Assembly: GCA_040954595.2 (NCBI GenBank)
Contig: CM082583.2
Location: 5,080,749-5,144,748 of the forward strand
Length of the DNA stretch: 64,000 nucleotides
Origin: Balanoglossus misakiensis
Lineage: Eukaryota > Animalia > Hemichordata
Direction: 5' to 3'
Shown: piece by piece, positions 47,915 to 60,100 of the stretch
How the letters are laid out: every line of letters begins with the position of its first letter
How positions within the stretch are numbered: the stretch's first letter is position 1
Made by a program: the position numbers and the translations under genes
The notes under the pieces: model-generated
Seen by the model: the letters and a program-made list of their open reading frames with translations, nothing else
The model's database searches: none
Told to the model about the DNA's origin: nothing

Positions 47915-50900
47915 TATCAGTGGGTCCAAACTTCTACAAATTATCCCACCAAACCAATCTGTGAGGATGCTTGCTCATCGTGTAAAACTATTCCAATAGA
48001 CACCCCCGCAAAATATCCACGCGTAAAAAGCTATTTAACATGCTTTATTACTTTTGTTGCTCATTGTATTGGTGTTGATGTTCTCCCTGTTCTGCATTGC
48101 TGCTGCCCACAGTAGCATATTTTCTATTGTACTATTTGACTTGAAACACAAAATAAGCAAACAGAGGTATGAAAGTAAACAAACATAGTTATAGGGGACG
48201 TCACTTCCGGTGTTAGTGCCGATCTATTATTCCCCATGATGCAGAGGCATACACCGACCATCACCGAAAACATCTTTTCAGTGAGAGTGATGAATTTCCC
48301 CCAAGGAAATCGTATCAACACGATGACGGTGTTTTTTTTCGATTAGCCATGAATATATTTCGTTACCAATTTGTTTGTTTGTTTGTCGTTTAGTTGAAGC
48401 GAAAACTCCACGCTGTCTTCAGAAACTCGCAGGTGATGAAAATGGGAACGGTAAGGTCCGCAATAAGATTTCTAACTTTTACCTGACAAAGCCCGTGGAT
48501 TTATTTGCAGCAAAACAAACTAAAATCGGAGGATTTAAAAAATATACTAGTAACCGAGACAATTTGATTGGGTCATCAGCGCCTTCTTAATGGGAGAGGG
48601 TTTGTCAGCTGAGGTCACGTCGTCATGACCTGGTCGTGTTCGGTACAGTGCCCCGATCCCGATAATACCGGGCCAAAACAACCGGCTTGCGCGAACACTG
48701 GTGGCGAGCATATTGACACACCCGCCACGGATCTGCATATAGTAAGGCTTCATTTCCCCGCGTATTGAGACATTATCGGTAGATTGGTGCCCCTCCTTTC
48801 CCCGATCTCAGTCGCGGATACACTTGGGCACCGGAGCAGAAAGTTTACTGGAGAGTAACCAACCAGTTCTCCATGATGGGATTTCTTCCCATCTTCTCGG
48901 GACCAGCGGCCGTGATGAATCGAGTTTTGTTTTTTTCTCTTTTGCAATGCGAATGGTATAAGTTCGTCTCCCCCTCGACGTCGGTGCGCTTGGAGTAATG
49001 TCTATCACGGCAGTTTCCAAAGAAATATTAATGTTTGAAAACCTGTCATATACAGTTAAATTTCACCATAGGAGTTAAACTGTCTTGTCTGGTGACTGCA
49101 CCGTGTAGAGAGTACGTTGGCGGTTTCAGTTAAGAGCGAACGAGAGGGGGGAGAGGGGGGGGGAGGGGATCGTGTAACGTGCTTGCCTCACTTAACCCAG
49201 CACACAGGGAAACTTTTTCGGGGGTGACGGAGTGCTCGCTGAAACTTCAGACCCGTAAACAAGGGACGTCTGAACCAATGTAAGCAGAGCTTTTACACAC
49301 AAAGGGCACGCATGCCCTTTCTGATGTATACAGCACCAGTGCTCTGAAACGTATGTCTAACCTCGTGACCCGCGTTTAGAACTTTTTTATTCCCTGTCTC
49401 GTTCAATAAAGGTGGGGTGGCGTATGAAAGGCACCGGGGTGCGCGCTCGTCGACCCTGACATTATTTTCTCTCTCTCTCTCTCGTTGTCTCGAGTGTAAA
49501 ATCTTTATCATCACGGAAACCCACTGACGTAATTCACTCAGGAAATCTGAAGTTTGCAAAAAAATGCGCATTCTGTGCATACAAGTGCCTGGTCTGTGGA
49601 CGACCCCGTTTTTCCCGCTTTCTTTGGCTCTTAAAATGTGACTCGTCTTCTCTCTGGCGCGCTTTCAGTGATGGATGGATGTGGACGACCCAGCCACGGC
49701 TCTGAACCGAAGGCCAGCATGAGATACTTCCCTTGGGGGGAGCAAAGTCTCGGCGCTTCATTTTCGCGGCGTATTCATGCACGGACGCCATTTAAAAAAA
49801 AACCCCACCGAAATATAAAATCATAAAATTACTTCCATTCGCAAGCGCCATCGTATCTTCCATGACAATGGATTTGAAACTAATCTAAATGTTAAAAGTC
49901 TTTTGTGCGCGCTACCAAAGAAGTAGTCAAAAGAATGCGATATTCGACGGTATCTGCATCCACTTATGATGTTTTCATGTAGATTTACGAGTAACTGTGA
50001 TATGCCGTGATTTTACATTTTTTCTGAAAATCATTAAAGCGAAATTCGACCACTTTTCAAATATTTGGTCAAATTATCGGGATTTGAACGACACCACACT
50101 TTCTCTTCAAAGTCGGTGATCTCTGAGCCTTAAAACAAGGTTGGCGAGGCGACGTCGTCTCGCTTGTATATCAGATCACTGCAGGTATAACCGTTGAAAC
50201 TAACGGAAAGTACAGACACCCATTGATGTCAAACCAACAAGGGATTGAACAAGCAGGAGGAACAAAACTGTTCAAACACAGCTCGTCAAACAGAGTGGGG
50301 AACTGGAGTGTGGCTGACAACAAACACCGAACCGTCCCCTTATTTGAGTTCCCAGCCCCAGCCCGATCTTGTTGACTGCACTAACTAAACGGGCTCTCGC
50401 TCCGATTTCTCCCCCATTGTGCGCGCATGCACTGTGCGAGGTGCAGTAGAGAACCTCCCAAGCGATTCGCTGCGGTTTGGCTAAATGAAATATTATTCAC
50501 ATGGCAGATAAAAAATAACAAAAAGTAGTTTATGCGCCATCCAGCGTAGAGTGCTTGCGCCGTATCTGCGCTGAGATACCATCTCCCAGTTCAGTGTACA
50601 TCTCCCGATAACGTTTGGAAATCTCATACATGCAGGCATGCAGAGGCGCATGGGTTTGTGCGATACCCGCTTACCGGGGATATTAATAATATACAACCTT
50701 ATTCATTTTCCGGTATATGTGCGAGATAAAATTCATATCGCGACGTATATTGCCATTGTAGTGTGAGATATGAGTTTATGTGATTCGTGGAATGATATAT
50801 CGTTGCGTCGGTCAAAGCAGACACGGAGCGTTCAGCTCCGAGCGAGACCTTTACTTGCGTCTGACAATGATGTATCGGGCAGGTTTACTCGCGTTAGTCA

Positions 50901-53900
50901 ACAATATTTATTTACATCTCTGGTCAAACTCCATTTTTCATCCGATGCGCGCCTACCTCCGTATCCTCCTCGCGCCTCTGTTTACAGAGTATTTGATGAA
51001 ATGCAGCCATACCCGCTGAATCATCTTCGATTCCAACGGAAAGACATATCATCCACTCAGGCTGATGTGTAGCTGCAGTAATTACAGGAGATGAAAAATC
51101 CGAAATAAACGCGCGCGTCGTCACCTAGTTATTTTCAAATTCAAAGCAAGAGACGAAAAAACAAATGAAACAGAAATCAGACAAGGTGAGAGTTGCCCAA
51201 CCTTTCGTGACACACAGTGATAGTTCTGTTGTGTCAGCGTAGTGTCAAGTTACTCTGGCCTTCATTATTGTACCCCCAACGACATACGAGGAGAAGCCTA
51301 TAGGTTTACCCGGGTTGGCCAAGAAAACACAGAAACCAGACAAATTTCTGTGAATTATCCCTCGCGTCTGTTCGTTAGGAGCGCACGCCGAGAGAAACGA
51401 CGATGTCATATTGGTGGAAATATTGCAAAGTAAGCCCCAGCTGGTTGCTAATTTTTCGCTATTTGCCGAAGTTTTAAGCCGTCACTGTCAGGCGGACTTT
51501 GCTAAGCTATCGGCACGACGCGCCCAGAAGATTACATCTTCATTAGTGACACTTTTCGACATTATTCCACGCAGATAAACTGGCACTGAAATTTCACAGT
51601 GTTTCTTTGCGTCCCTTCACGCCCCCTCCAAAGATCATGTAAAGCACCGGAGTCACAGAGGGTGCATTCCTTTCTGTTTAGCCATGTTGTCTTGCATTTT
51701 TTACCCATCATTGCCTACATTTTGAATCAACTATGCCTATGTTTTTCGGTTTCTCAAATCGAAACATCAGTGTTCCTATTTTAAGGATAGTTTCCACCGC
51801 GCGTCAGGGTCGCTCGACAGACATGAGTGGACCCGCGTGTGATTTGTTTTGTCACCCGGTCTCGCCAAATTAATGAAAGCATGTCGTTATGGATTATGGC
51901 AGTAATGATTAACAAACAGGAAAGACTGGCTAAAACAAATCAAGGAACACGACCGAACTCTCGCGAGAACCTATAAAATGATCAAAGCTCAAGCCAAATA
52001 ACATTCCACTTGGTTAAATAGTGTGAATCAGGGTAATTTGTTGAGATTATCTGCCGCAACCCCCCCCCCCCGCGCAATGCTCAAACAGTCTCCTTAATTC
52101 ACAAATCCTTTTGTTTTAATAGTTGAACAATGAAATATTATTTCATAAGTCCGATCAGAGAATGAAAATCTTTGAATTCCCAGGTACCCCTGTTAAATAG
52201 CAATAATTAAAGCCATCTTCGATTAGGCCTAGGTCTCTAATGGTAAGGCGTGCCAGTCACTGAAAAGTCAGTCATATTCAAAGAAACCGTAATTTATTGG
52301 ACGAAGAAGCACCGTGGAATCAGTCTTCAAACGGCGGTTATCGTTTGAAAAGAAATTAAAATATTAGGCAGTTTGCGGTAAAAGTAATACATTTGTATCG
52401 CATTAAGAACGACATTGAAATAACAACGAAAAGCAAACATGTTATAGAAAATGAAGGAACGAGAAAAAAAGTCATGTTGACAAAGTGACTGTCACAGTAT
52501 ATTTTTTCCCATTTCTAAAGTCGCTATGAAGAATCGGCACTGATCGAACACGTATGTTACCAATTAGTGGCAACTTATGGGCTCTTGTTCTATTATGATC
52601 TGCCGGAAAGTAACTCTAATTGGAGATTGCCACATTTCGTCGAGTAGAAACTATACCTAAACTTTGTTTTCGAAAAAAAAATAATAATTGGCTCTTTTCG
52701 CAGACGTCTCAGTTCAGCGAATGACTGCAAATAGAAGTGAGTGTATTTTCTGTGAGTGATTCGAGTTCTTTGAAAAGCATTGTGTTGTACGGAGCCGCTA
52801 GAAGTGTGGAACTGCATATTTACTGAGATCGCCATTTTGATGTTTTCTTGGGGAGACAAATCAAGTTGATATGGTGAGCCCCGGCACTAGACACGACAGC
52901 AGCACCGATGACGTCATTCCCCTTATCTTCACAAAGGGAAGAGGCGTAGTTCGAGTCGTAGGAAATGAGAATTGTAAGGAAGCCCCGCTAAAGTGTGAAA
53001 TTAGTCATCGAAGCAGGGCAGCTCGGTCAGTACATTGCTTTAGAAAATGTGTGGCTATGTCCGCCAGACTCGGAAAATTTTCTTTAATTCGCCAAGAGCT
53101 CTGATTACTTAATCCGTATCGTGTTGGGAGATCGCATGTCGCTAGGTAGCCCGTGCTATGCACGCCGACGATGCAGATGAACAGGGCGGCAAATGAAAAA
53201 TTCAACGCAATTTCCCGCGGCAGACTTGCCGTGATTATTTTGTGGGGCTTGGCTTACGTTTCGTGGAGGGGGCGGTGGAGGGTCGTCTCGCTGCTTTAGC
53301 ACACTTCATGGGGGGGGGGGGGGATGAAATTCGAAGCGACCGGCGGAGTTTCACCTGCTTAAAATACAGATCTTCATCACTCCTTAGACGGTGACTGATT
53401 AAAGCTGGAGAAGAAGAAAAAGGAAAAGAAACCAATCTCCCTCACCCGAGACAAATCTTGCCACCGCCACGAGCTCAGCGCACGTAAAGGAGAAGGACGA
53501 TTTTAAATATTCATCAGTTAATTTGATCCCATCATTTATTTTGATGCAGTTACATTAACGGCGGGAATTTACACATTTCCGGTGAGAATGTTTCCATTTG
53601 GGTTCGCATGCGAAACCTAAAAAAGACTGAACGTCCAGCAACAGGACTTATAGTAGGGCTGGAAATGACGGGTCGTGATAGAGATGAGACGAAAACAAAT
53701 AGTGCCTTCGGGGAGAATACGAACGTAGTCTTTACAGAATGTTTGAAGAAGAAATAACACGCGGCAAGAAATGGAAAGTTTATACTCGTCGTCAATATGT
53801 GATCACGGATGCTGAACGGGTTTTTCGAAACGTGACGGTGATCACGTGATCTTTGATTAACGTCTGTCTCTGACTTGAAGAATATGAGATTCCCGGCATG

Positions 53901-54145
53901 CAACACGAGACCAGGCAGAGTAGTCATCGTGATGGCCACGACAAAAAAAAGCGTAGACAGGAACACCTGGAAATGACACCAGATCCGTAACGTGTTGTGC
54001 GTTCTACAGAATGCGTACAGAAAACGTTCTTCAAAAAGCTCCACTTTATGTGTAGGCACGTGAGTGTGGAGTACAGTGCAAAACAACAAACAAAAAAACA
54101 AACAAAAAATCTTCAATATCTGAATTTAATGAGCTACTATTTTGT

Positions 54146-57100
54146 ACAATTTTTCGACTTTGCGAAACTTCAAAATTTCTTCATTTTTTGATAAAAATCA
54201 TGGGTTATAGCTCATGAAAATAATCCAAAAATGACAATTTTTCGACTTTGCGAAACTTCAAAATTTCTTCATTTTTTGATAAAAATCATGGGTTATAGCT
54301 CATGAAAATCATCCAAAAATGACAATTTTTCGACTTTGCGAAACTTCAAAATTTCTTCATTTTTTGATAAAAATCATGGGTTATAGCTCATGAAAATCAT
54401 CCAAAAATGACAATTTTTCGACTTTGCGAAACTTCAAAATTTCTTCATTTTTTGATAAAAATCATGGGTTATAGCTCATGAAAATCATCCAAAAATGACA
54501 ATTTTTCGACTTTGCGAAACTTCAAAATTTCTCCATTTTTTGATAAAAATCATGGGTTATAGCTCATGAAAATCATCCAAAAATGACAATTTTTCGACTT
54601 AGCGAAACTTCAAAATTTCTCCATTTTTTGATAAAAATCATGGGTTATAGCTCATGAAAATCATCCAAAAATGACAATTTTTCGACTTTGCGAAACTTCA
54701 AAATTTCTTCATTTTTTGATAAAAATCATGGGTTATAGCTCATGAAAATCATCCAAAAATGACAATTTTTCGACTTTGCGAAACTTCAAAATTTCTTCAT
54801 TTTTTGATAAAAATCATGGGTTATAGCTCATGAAAATCATCCAAAAATGACAATTTTTCGACTTTGCGAAACATCAAAATTTCTTCATTTTTTGATAAAA
54901 ATCATGGGTTATAGCTCATGAAAATCATCCAAAAATGACAATTTTTCGACTTTGCGAAACTTTAAAGTTTCCTCATTTTTTGATAAAAATCATGGGTTAT
55001 AGCTCATGAAAATCATCCAAAAATGACAATTTTTCGACTTTGCGAAACTTCAAAATTTCTTCATTTTTTGATAAAAATCATGGGTTATAGCTCATGAAAA
55101 TCATCCAAAAATGACAATTTTTCGACTTTGCGAAACTTCAAAATTTCTTCATTTTTTGATAAAAATCATGGGTTATAGCTCATGAAAATCATCCAAAAAT
55201 GACAATTTTTCGACTTTGCGAAACTTCAAAATTTCTTCATTTTTTGATAAAAATCATGGGTTATAGCTCATGAAAATCATCCAAAAATGACAATTTTTCG
55301 ACTTTGCGAAACTTCAAAATTTCTTCATTTTTTGATAAAAATCATGGGTTATAGCTCATGAAAATCATCCAAAAATGACAATTTTTCGACTTTGCGAAAC
55401 TTCAAAATTTCTTCATTTTTTGATAAAAATCATGGGTTATAGCTCATGAAAATCATCCAAAAATGACAATTTTTCGACTTTGCGAAACATCAAAATTTCT
55501 TCATTTTTTGATAAAAATCATGGGTTATAGCTCATGAAAATCATCCAAAAATGACAATTTTTCGACTTTGCGAAACTTTAAAGTTTCCTCATTTTTTGAT
55601 AAAAATCATGGGTTATAGCTCATGAAAATCATCCAAAAATGACAATTTTTCGACTTTGCGAAACTTCAAAATTTCTTCATTTTTTGATAAAAATCATGGG
55701 TTATAGCTCATGAAAATCATCCAAAAATGACAATTTTTCGACTTTGCGAAACTTCAAAATTTCTTCATTTTTTGATAAAAATCATGGGTTATAGCTCATG
55801 AAAATCATCCAAAAATGACAATTTTTCGACTTTGCGAAACTTCAAAATTTCTTCATTTTTTGATAAAAATCATGGGTTATAGCTCATGAAAATCATCCAA
55901 AAATGAGAATTTTTCGACTTTGCGAAACTTCAAAATTTCTTCATTTTTTGATAAAAATCATGGGTTATAGCTCATGAAAATCATCCAAAAATGAGAATTT
56001 TTCGACTTTGCGAAACTTCAAAATTTCTTCATTTTTGATAAAAATCATGGGTTATAGCTCATGAAAATCATCCAAAAATGAGAATTTTTCGACTTTGCGA
56101 AACTTCAAAATTTCTTCATTTTTTGATAAAAATCATGGGTTATAGCTCATGAAAATCATCCAAAAATGACAATTTTTCGACTTTGCGAAACTTCAAAATT
56201 TCTTCATTTTTTGATAAAAATCATGGGTTATAGCTCATGAAAATCATCCAAAAATGACAATTTTTCGACTTTGCGAAACTTCAAAATTTCTTCATTTTTT
56301 GATAAAAATCATGGGTTATAGCTCATGAAAATCATCCAAAAATGACAATTTTTCGACTTTGCGAAACATCAAAATTTCTTCATTTTTGATAAAAATCATG
56401 GGTTATAGCTCATGAAAATCATCCAAAAATGACAATTTTTCGACTTTGCGAAACATCAAAATTTCTTCATTTTTTGATAAAAATCATGGGTTATAGCTCA
56501 TGAAAATCATCCAAAAATGACAATATTTCGACTTTGCGAAACATCAAAATTTCTTCATTTTTTGATAAAAATCATGGGTTATAGCTCATGAAAATCATCC
56601 AAAAATGACAAAATTTCGACTTTGCGAAACATCAAAATTTCTTCATTTTTTGATAAAAATCATGGGTTATAGCTCATGAAAATCATCCAAAAATGACAAT
56701 TTTTCGACTTTGCGAAACATCAAAATTTCTTCATTTTTTGATAAAAATCATGGGTTATAGCTCATGAAAATCATCCAAAAATGACAATTTTTCGACTTTG
56801 CGAAACATCAAAATTTCTTCAATTTTTGATAAAAATCATGGGTTATAGCTCATGAAAATCATCCAAAAATGACAATTTTTCGACTTTGCGAAACATCAAA
56901 ATTTCTTCAATTTTTGATAAAAATCATGGGTTATAGCTCATGAAAATCATCCAAAAATGACAATTTTTCGACTTTGCGAAACATCAAAATTTCTTCAATT
57001 TTTGATAAAAATCATGGGTTATAGCTCATGAAAATCATCCAAAAATGACAATTTTTCGACTTTGCGAAACATCAAAATTTCTTCAATTTTTGATAAAAAT

Positions 57101-60100
57101 CATGGGTTATAGCTCATGAAAATCATCCAAAAATGACAATTTTTCGACTTTGCGAAACTTCAAAATTTCTTCAATTTTTGATAAAAATCATGGGTTATAG
57201 CTCATGAAAATCATCCAAAAATGACAATTTTTCGACTTTGCGAAACTTCAAAATTTCTTCATTTTTTGATAAAAATCATGGGTTATAGCTCATGAAAATC
57301 ATCCAAAAATGACAATTTTTCGACTTTGCGAAACTTCAAAATTTCTTCATTTTTTTGATAAAAATCATGGGTTATAGCTCATGAAAATCATCCAAAAATG
57401 ACAATTTTTCGACTTTGCGAAACATCAAAATTTCTTCATTTTTTGATTAAAATCATGGGTTATAGCTCATGAAAATCATCCAAAAATGACAATTTTTCGA
57501 CTTTGCGAAACTTCAAAATTTCTTCATTTTTTGATAAAAATCATGGGTTATAGCTCATGAAAATCATCCAAAAATGACAATTTTTCGACTTTGCGAAACT
57601 TCAAAATTTCTTCATTTTTTGATAAAAATCATGGGTTATAGCTCATGAAAATCATCCAAAAATGACAATTTTTCGACTTTGCGAAACTTCAAAATTTCTT
57701 CATTTTTTGATAAAAATCATGGGTTATAGCTCATGAAAATCATCCAAAAATGACAATTTTTCGACTTTGCGAAACATCAAAATTTCTTCATTTTTTGATA
57801 AAAATCATGGGTTATAGCTCATGAAAATCATCCAAAAATGACAATTTTTCGACTTTGCGAAACATCAAAATTTCTTCATTTTTTGATAAAAATCATGGGT
57901 TATAGCTCATGAAAATCATCCAAAAATGACAATTTTTCGACTTTGCGAAACTTCAAAATTTCTTCATTTTTTGATAAAAATCATGGGTTATAGCTCATGA
58001 AAATCATCCAAAAATGACAATTTTTCGACTTTGCGAAACTTCAAAATTTCTTCATTTTTTGATAAAAATCATGGGTTATAGCTCATTAAAATCATCCAAA
58101 AATGACAATTGTTCGACTTTGCGAAACTTCAAAATTTCTTCATTTTTTGATAAAAATCATGGGTTATAGCTCATGAAAATCATCCAAAAATGAGAATTTT
58201 TCGACTTTGCGAAACTTCAAAATTTCTTCATTTTTTGATAAAAATCATGGGTTATAGCTCATGAAAATCATCCAAAAATGAGAATTTTTCGACTTTGCGA
58301 AACTTCAAAATTTCTTCATTTTTTGATAAAAATCATGGGTTATAGCTCATGAAAATCATCCAAAAATGAGAATTTTTCGACTTTGCGAAACATCAAAATT
58401 TCTTCATTTTTTGGATAAAAATCATGGGTTATAGCTCATGAAAATCATCCAAAAATGACAATTTTTCGACTTTGCGAAACATCAAAATTTCTTCATTTTT
58501 TGATAAAAATCATGGGTTATAGCTCATGAAAATCATCCAAAAATGAGAATTTTTCGACTTTGCGAAACTTCAAATTTCTTCATTTTTTGATAAAAATCAT
58601 GGGTTATAGCTCATGAAAATCATCCAAAAATGACATTTTTCGACTTTGCGAAACTTCAAAATTTCTTCATTTTTTGATTAAAATCATGGGTTATAGCTCA
58701 TGAAAATCATCCAAAAATGACAATTTTTCGACTTTGCGAAACTTCAAAATTTCTTCATTTTTTGATTAAAATCATGGGTTATAGCTCATGAAAATCATCC
58801 AAAAATGACAATTTTTCGACTTTGCGAAACTTCAAAATTTCTTCATTTTTTGATTAAAATCATGGGTTATAGCTCATGAAAATCATCCAAAAATGACAAT
58901 TTTTCGACTTTGCGAAACTTCAAAATTTCTTCATTTTTTGATTAAAATCATGGGTTATAGCTCATGAAAATCATCCAAAAATGACAATTTTTCGACTTTG
59001 CGAAACTTCAAAATTTCTTCATTTTTTGATAAAATCATGGGTTATAGCTCATGAAAATCATCCAAAATGACAATTTTTCGACTTTGCGAAACTTCAAAAT
59101 TTCTTCATTTTTTGATAAAAATCATGGGTTATAGCTCATGAAAATCATCCAAAAATGAGAATTTTTCGACTTTGCGAAACATCAAAATTTCTTCATTTTT
59201 TGATAAAAATCATGGGTTATAGCTCATGAAAATCATCCAAAAATGACAATTTTTCGACTTTGCGAAACATCAAAATTTCTTCATTTTTTGATAAAAATCA
59301 TGGGTTATAGCTCATGAAAATCATCCAAAAATGACAATTTTTCGACTTTGCGAAACATCAAAATTTCTTCATTTTTTGATAAAAATCATGGGTTATAGCT
59401 CATGAAAATCATCCAAAAATGAGAATTTTTCGACTTTGCGAAACTTCAAAATTTCTTCATTTTTTGATAAAAATCATGGGTTATAGCTCATGAAAATCAT
59501 CCAAAAATGACAATTTTTCGACTTTGCGAAACTTCAAAATTTCTTCATTTTTTGATTAAAATCATGGGTTATAGCTCATGAAAATCATCCAAAAATGACA
59601 ATTTTTCGACTTTGCGAAACTTCAAAATTTCTTCATTTTTTGATTAAAATCATGGGTTATAGCTCATGAAAATCATCCAAAAATGACAATTTTTCGACTT
59701 TGCGAAACTTCAAAATTTCTTCATTTTTTGATTAAAAATCATGGGTTATAGCTCATGAAAATCATCCAAAAATGACAATTTTTCGACTTTGCGAAACTTC
59801 AAAATTTCTTCATTTTTTGATTAAAATCATGGGTTATAGCTCATGAAAATCATCCAAAAATGACAATTTTTCGACTTTGCGAAACTTCAAAATTTCTTCA
59901 TTTTTTGATTAAAATCATGGGTTATAGCTCATGAAAATCATCCAAAAATGACAATTTTTCGACTTTGCGAAACTTCAAAATTTCTTCATTTTTTGATAAA
60001 AATCATGGGTTATAGCTCATGAAAATCATCCAAAAATGACAATTTTTCGACTTTGCGAAACTTCAAAATTTCTTCATTTTTTGATAAAAATCATGGGTTA

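Noticed and set aside
47681-47999. YVCM/HTYI repeat proteins
   Set aside because: Translations of the (CATA)n microsatellite.
54152-54167. CENP-B box in TTTCGACTTTGCGAAA
   Set aside because: Only TTCG matches; the required A and CGGG at the correct spacing are absent.
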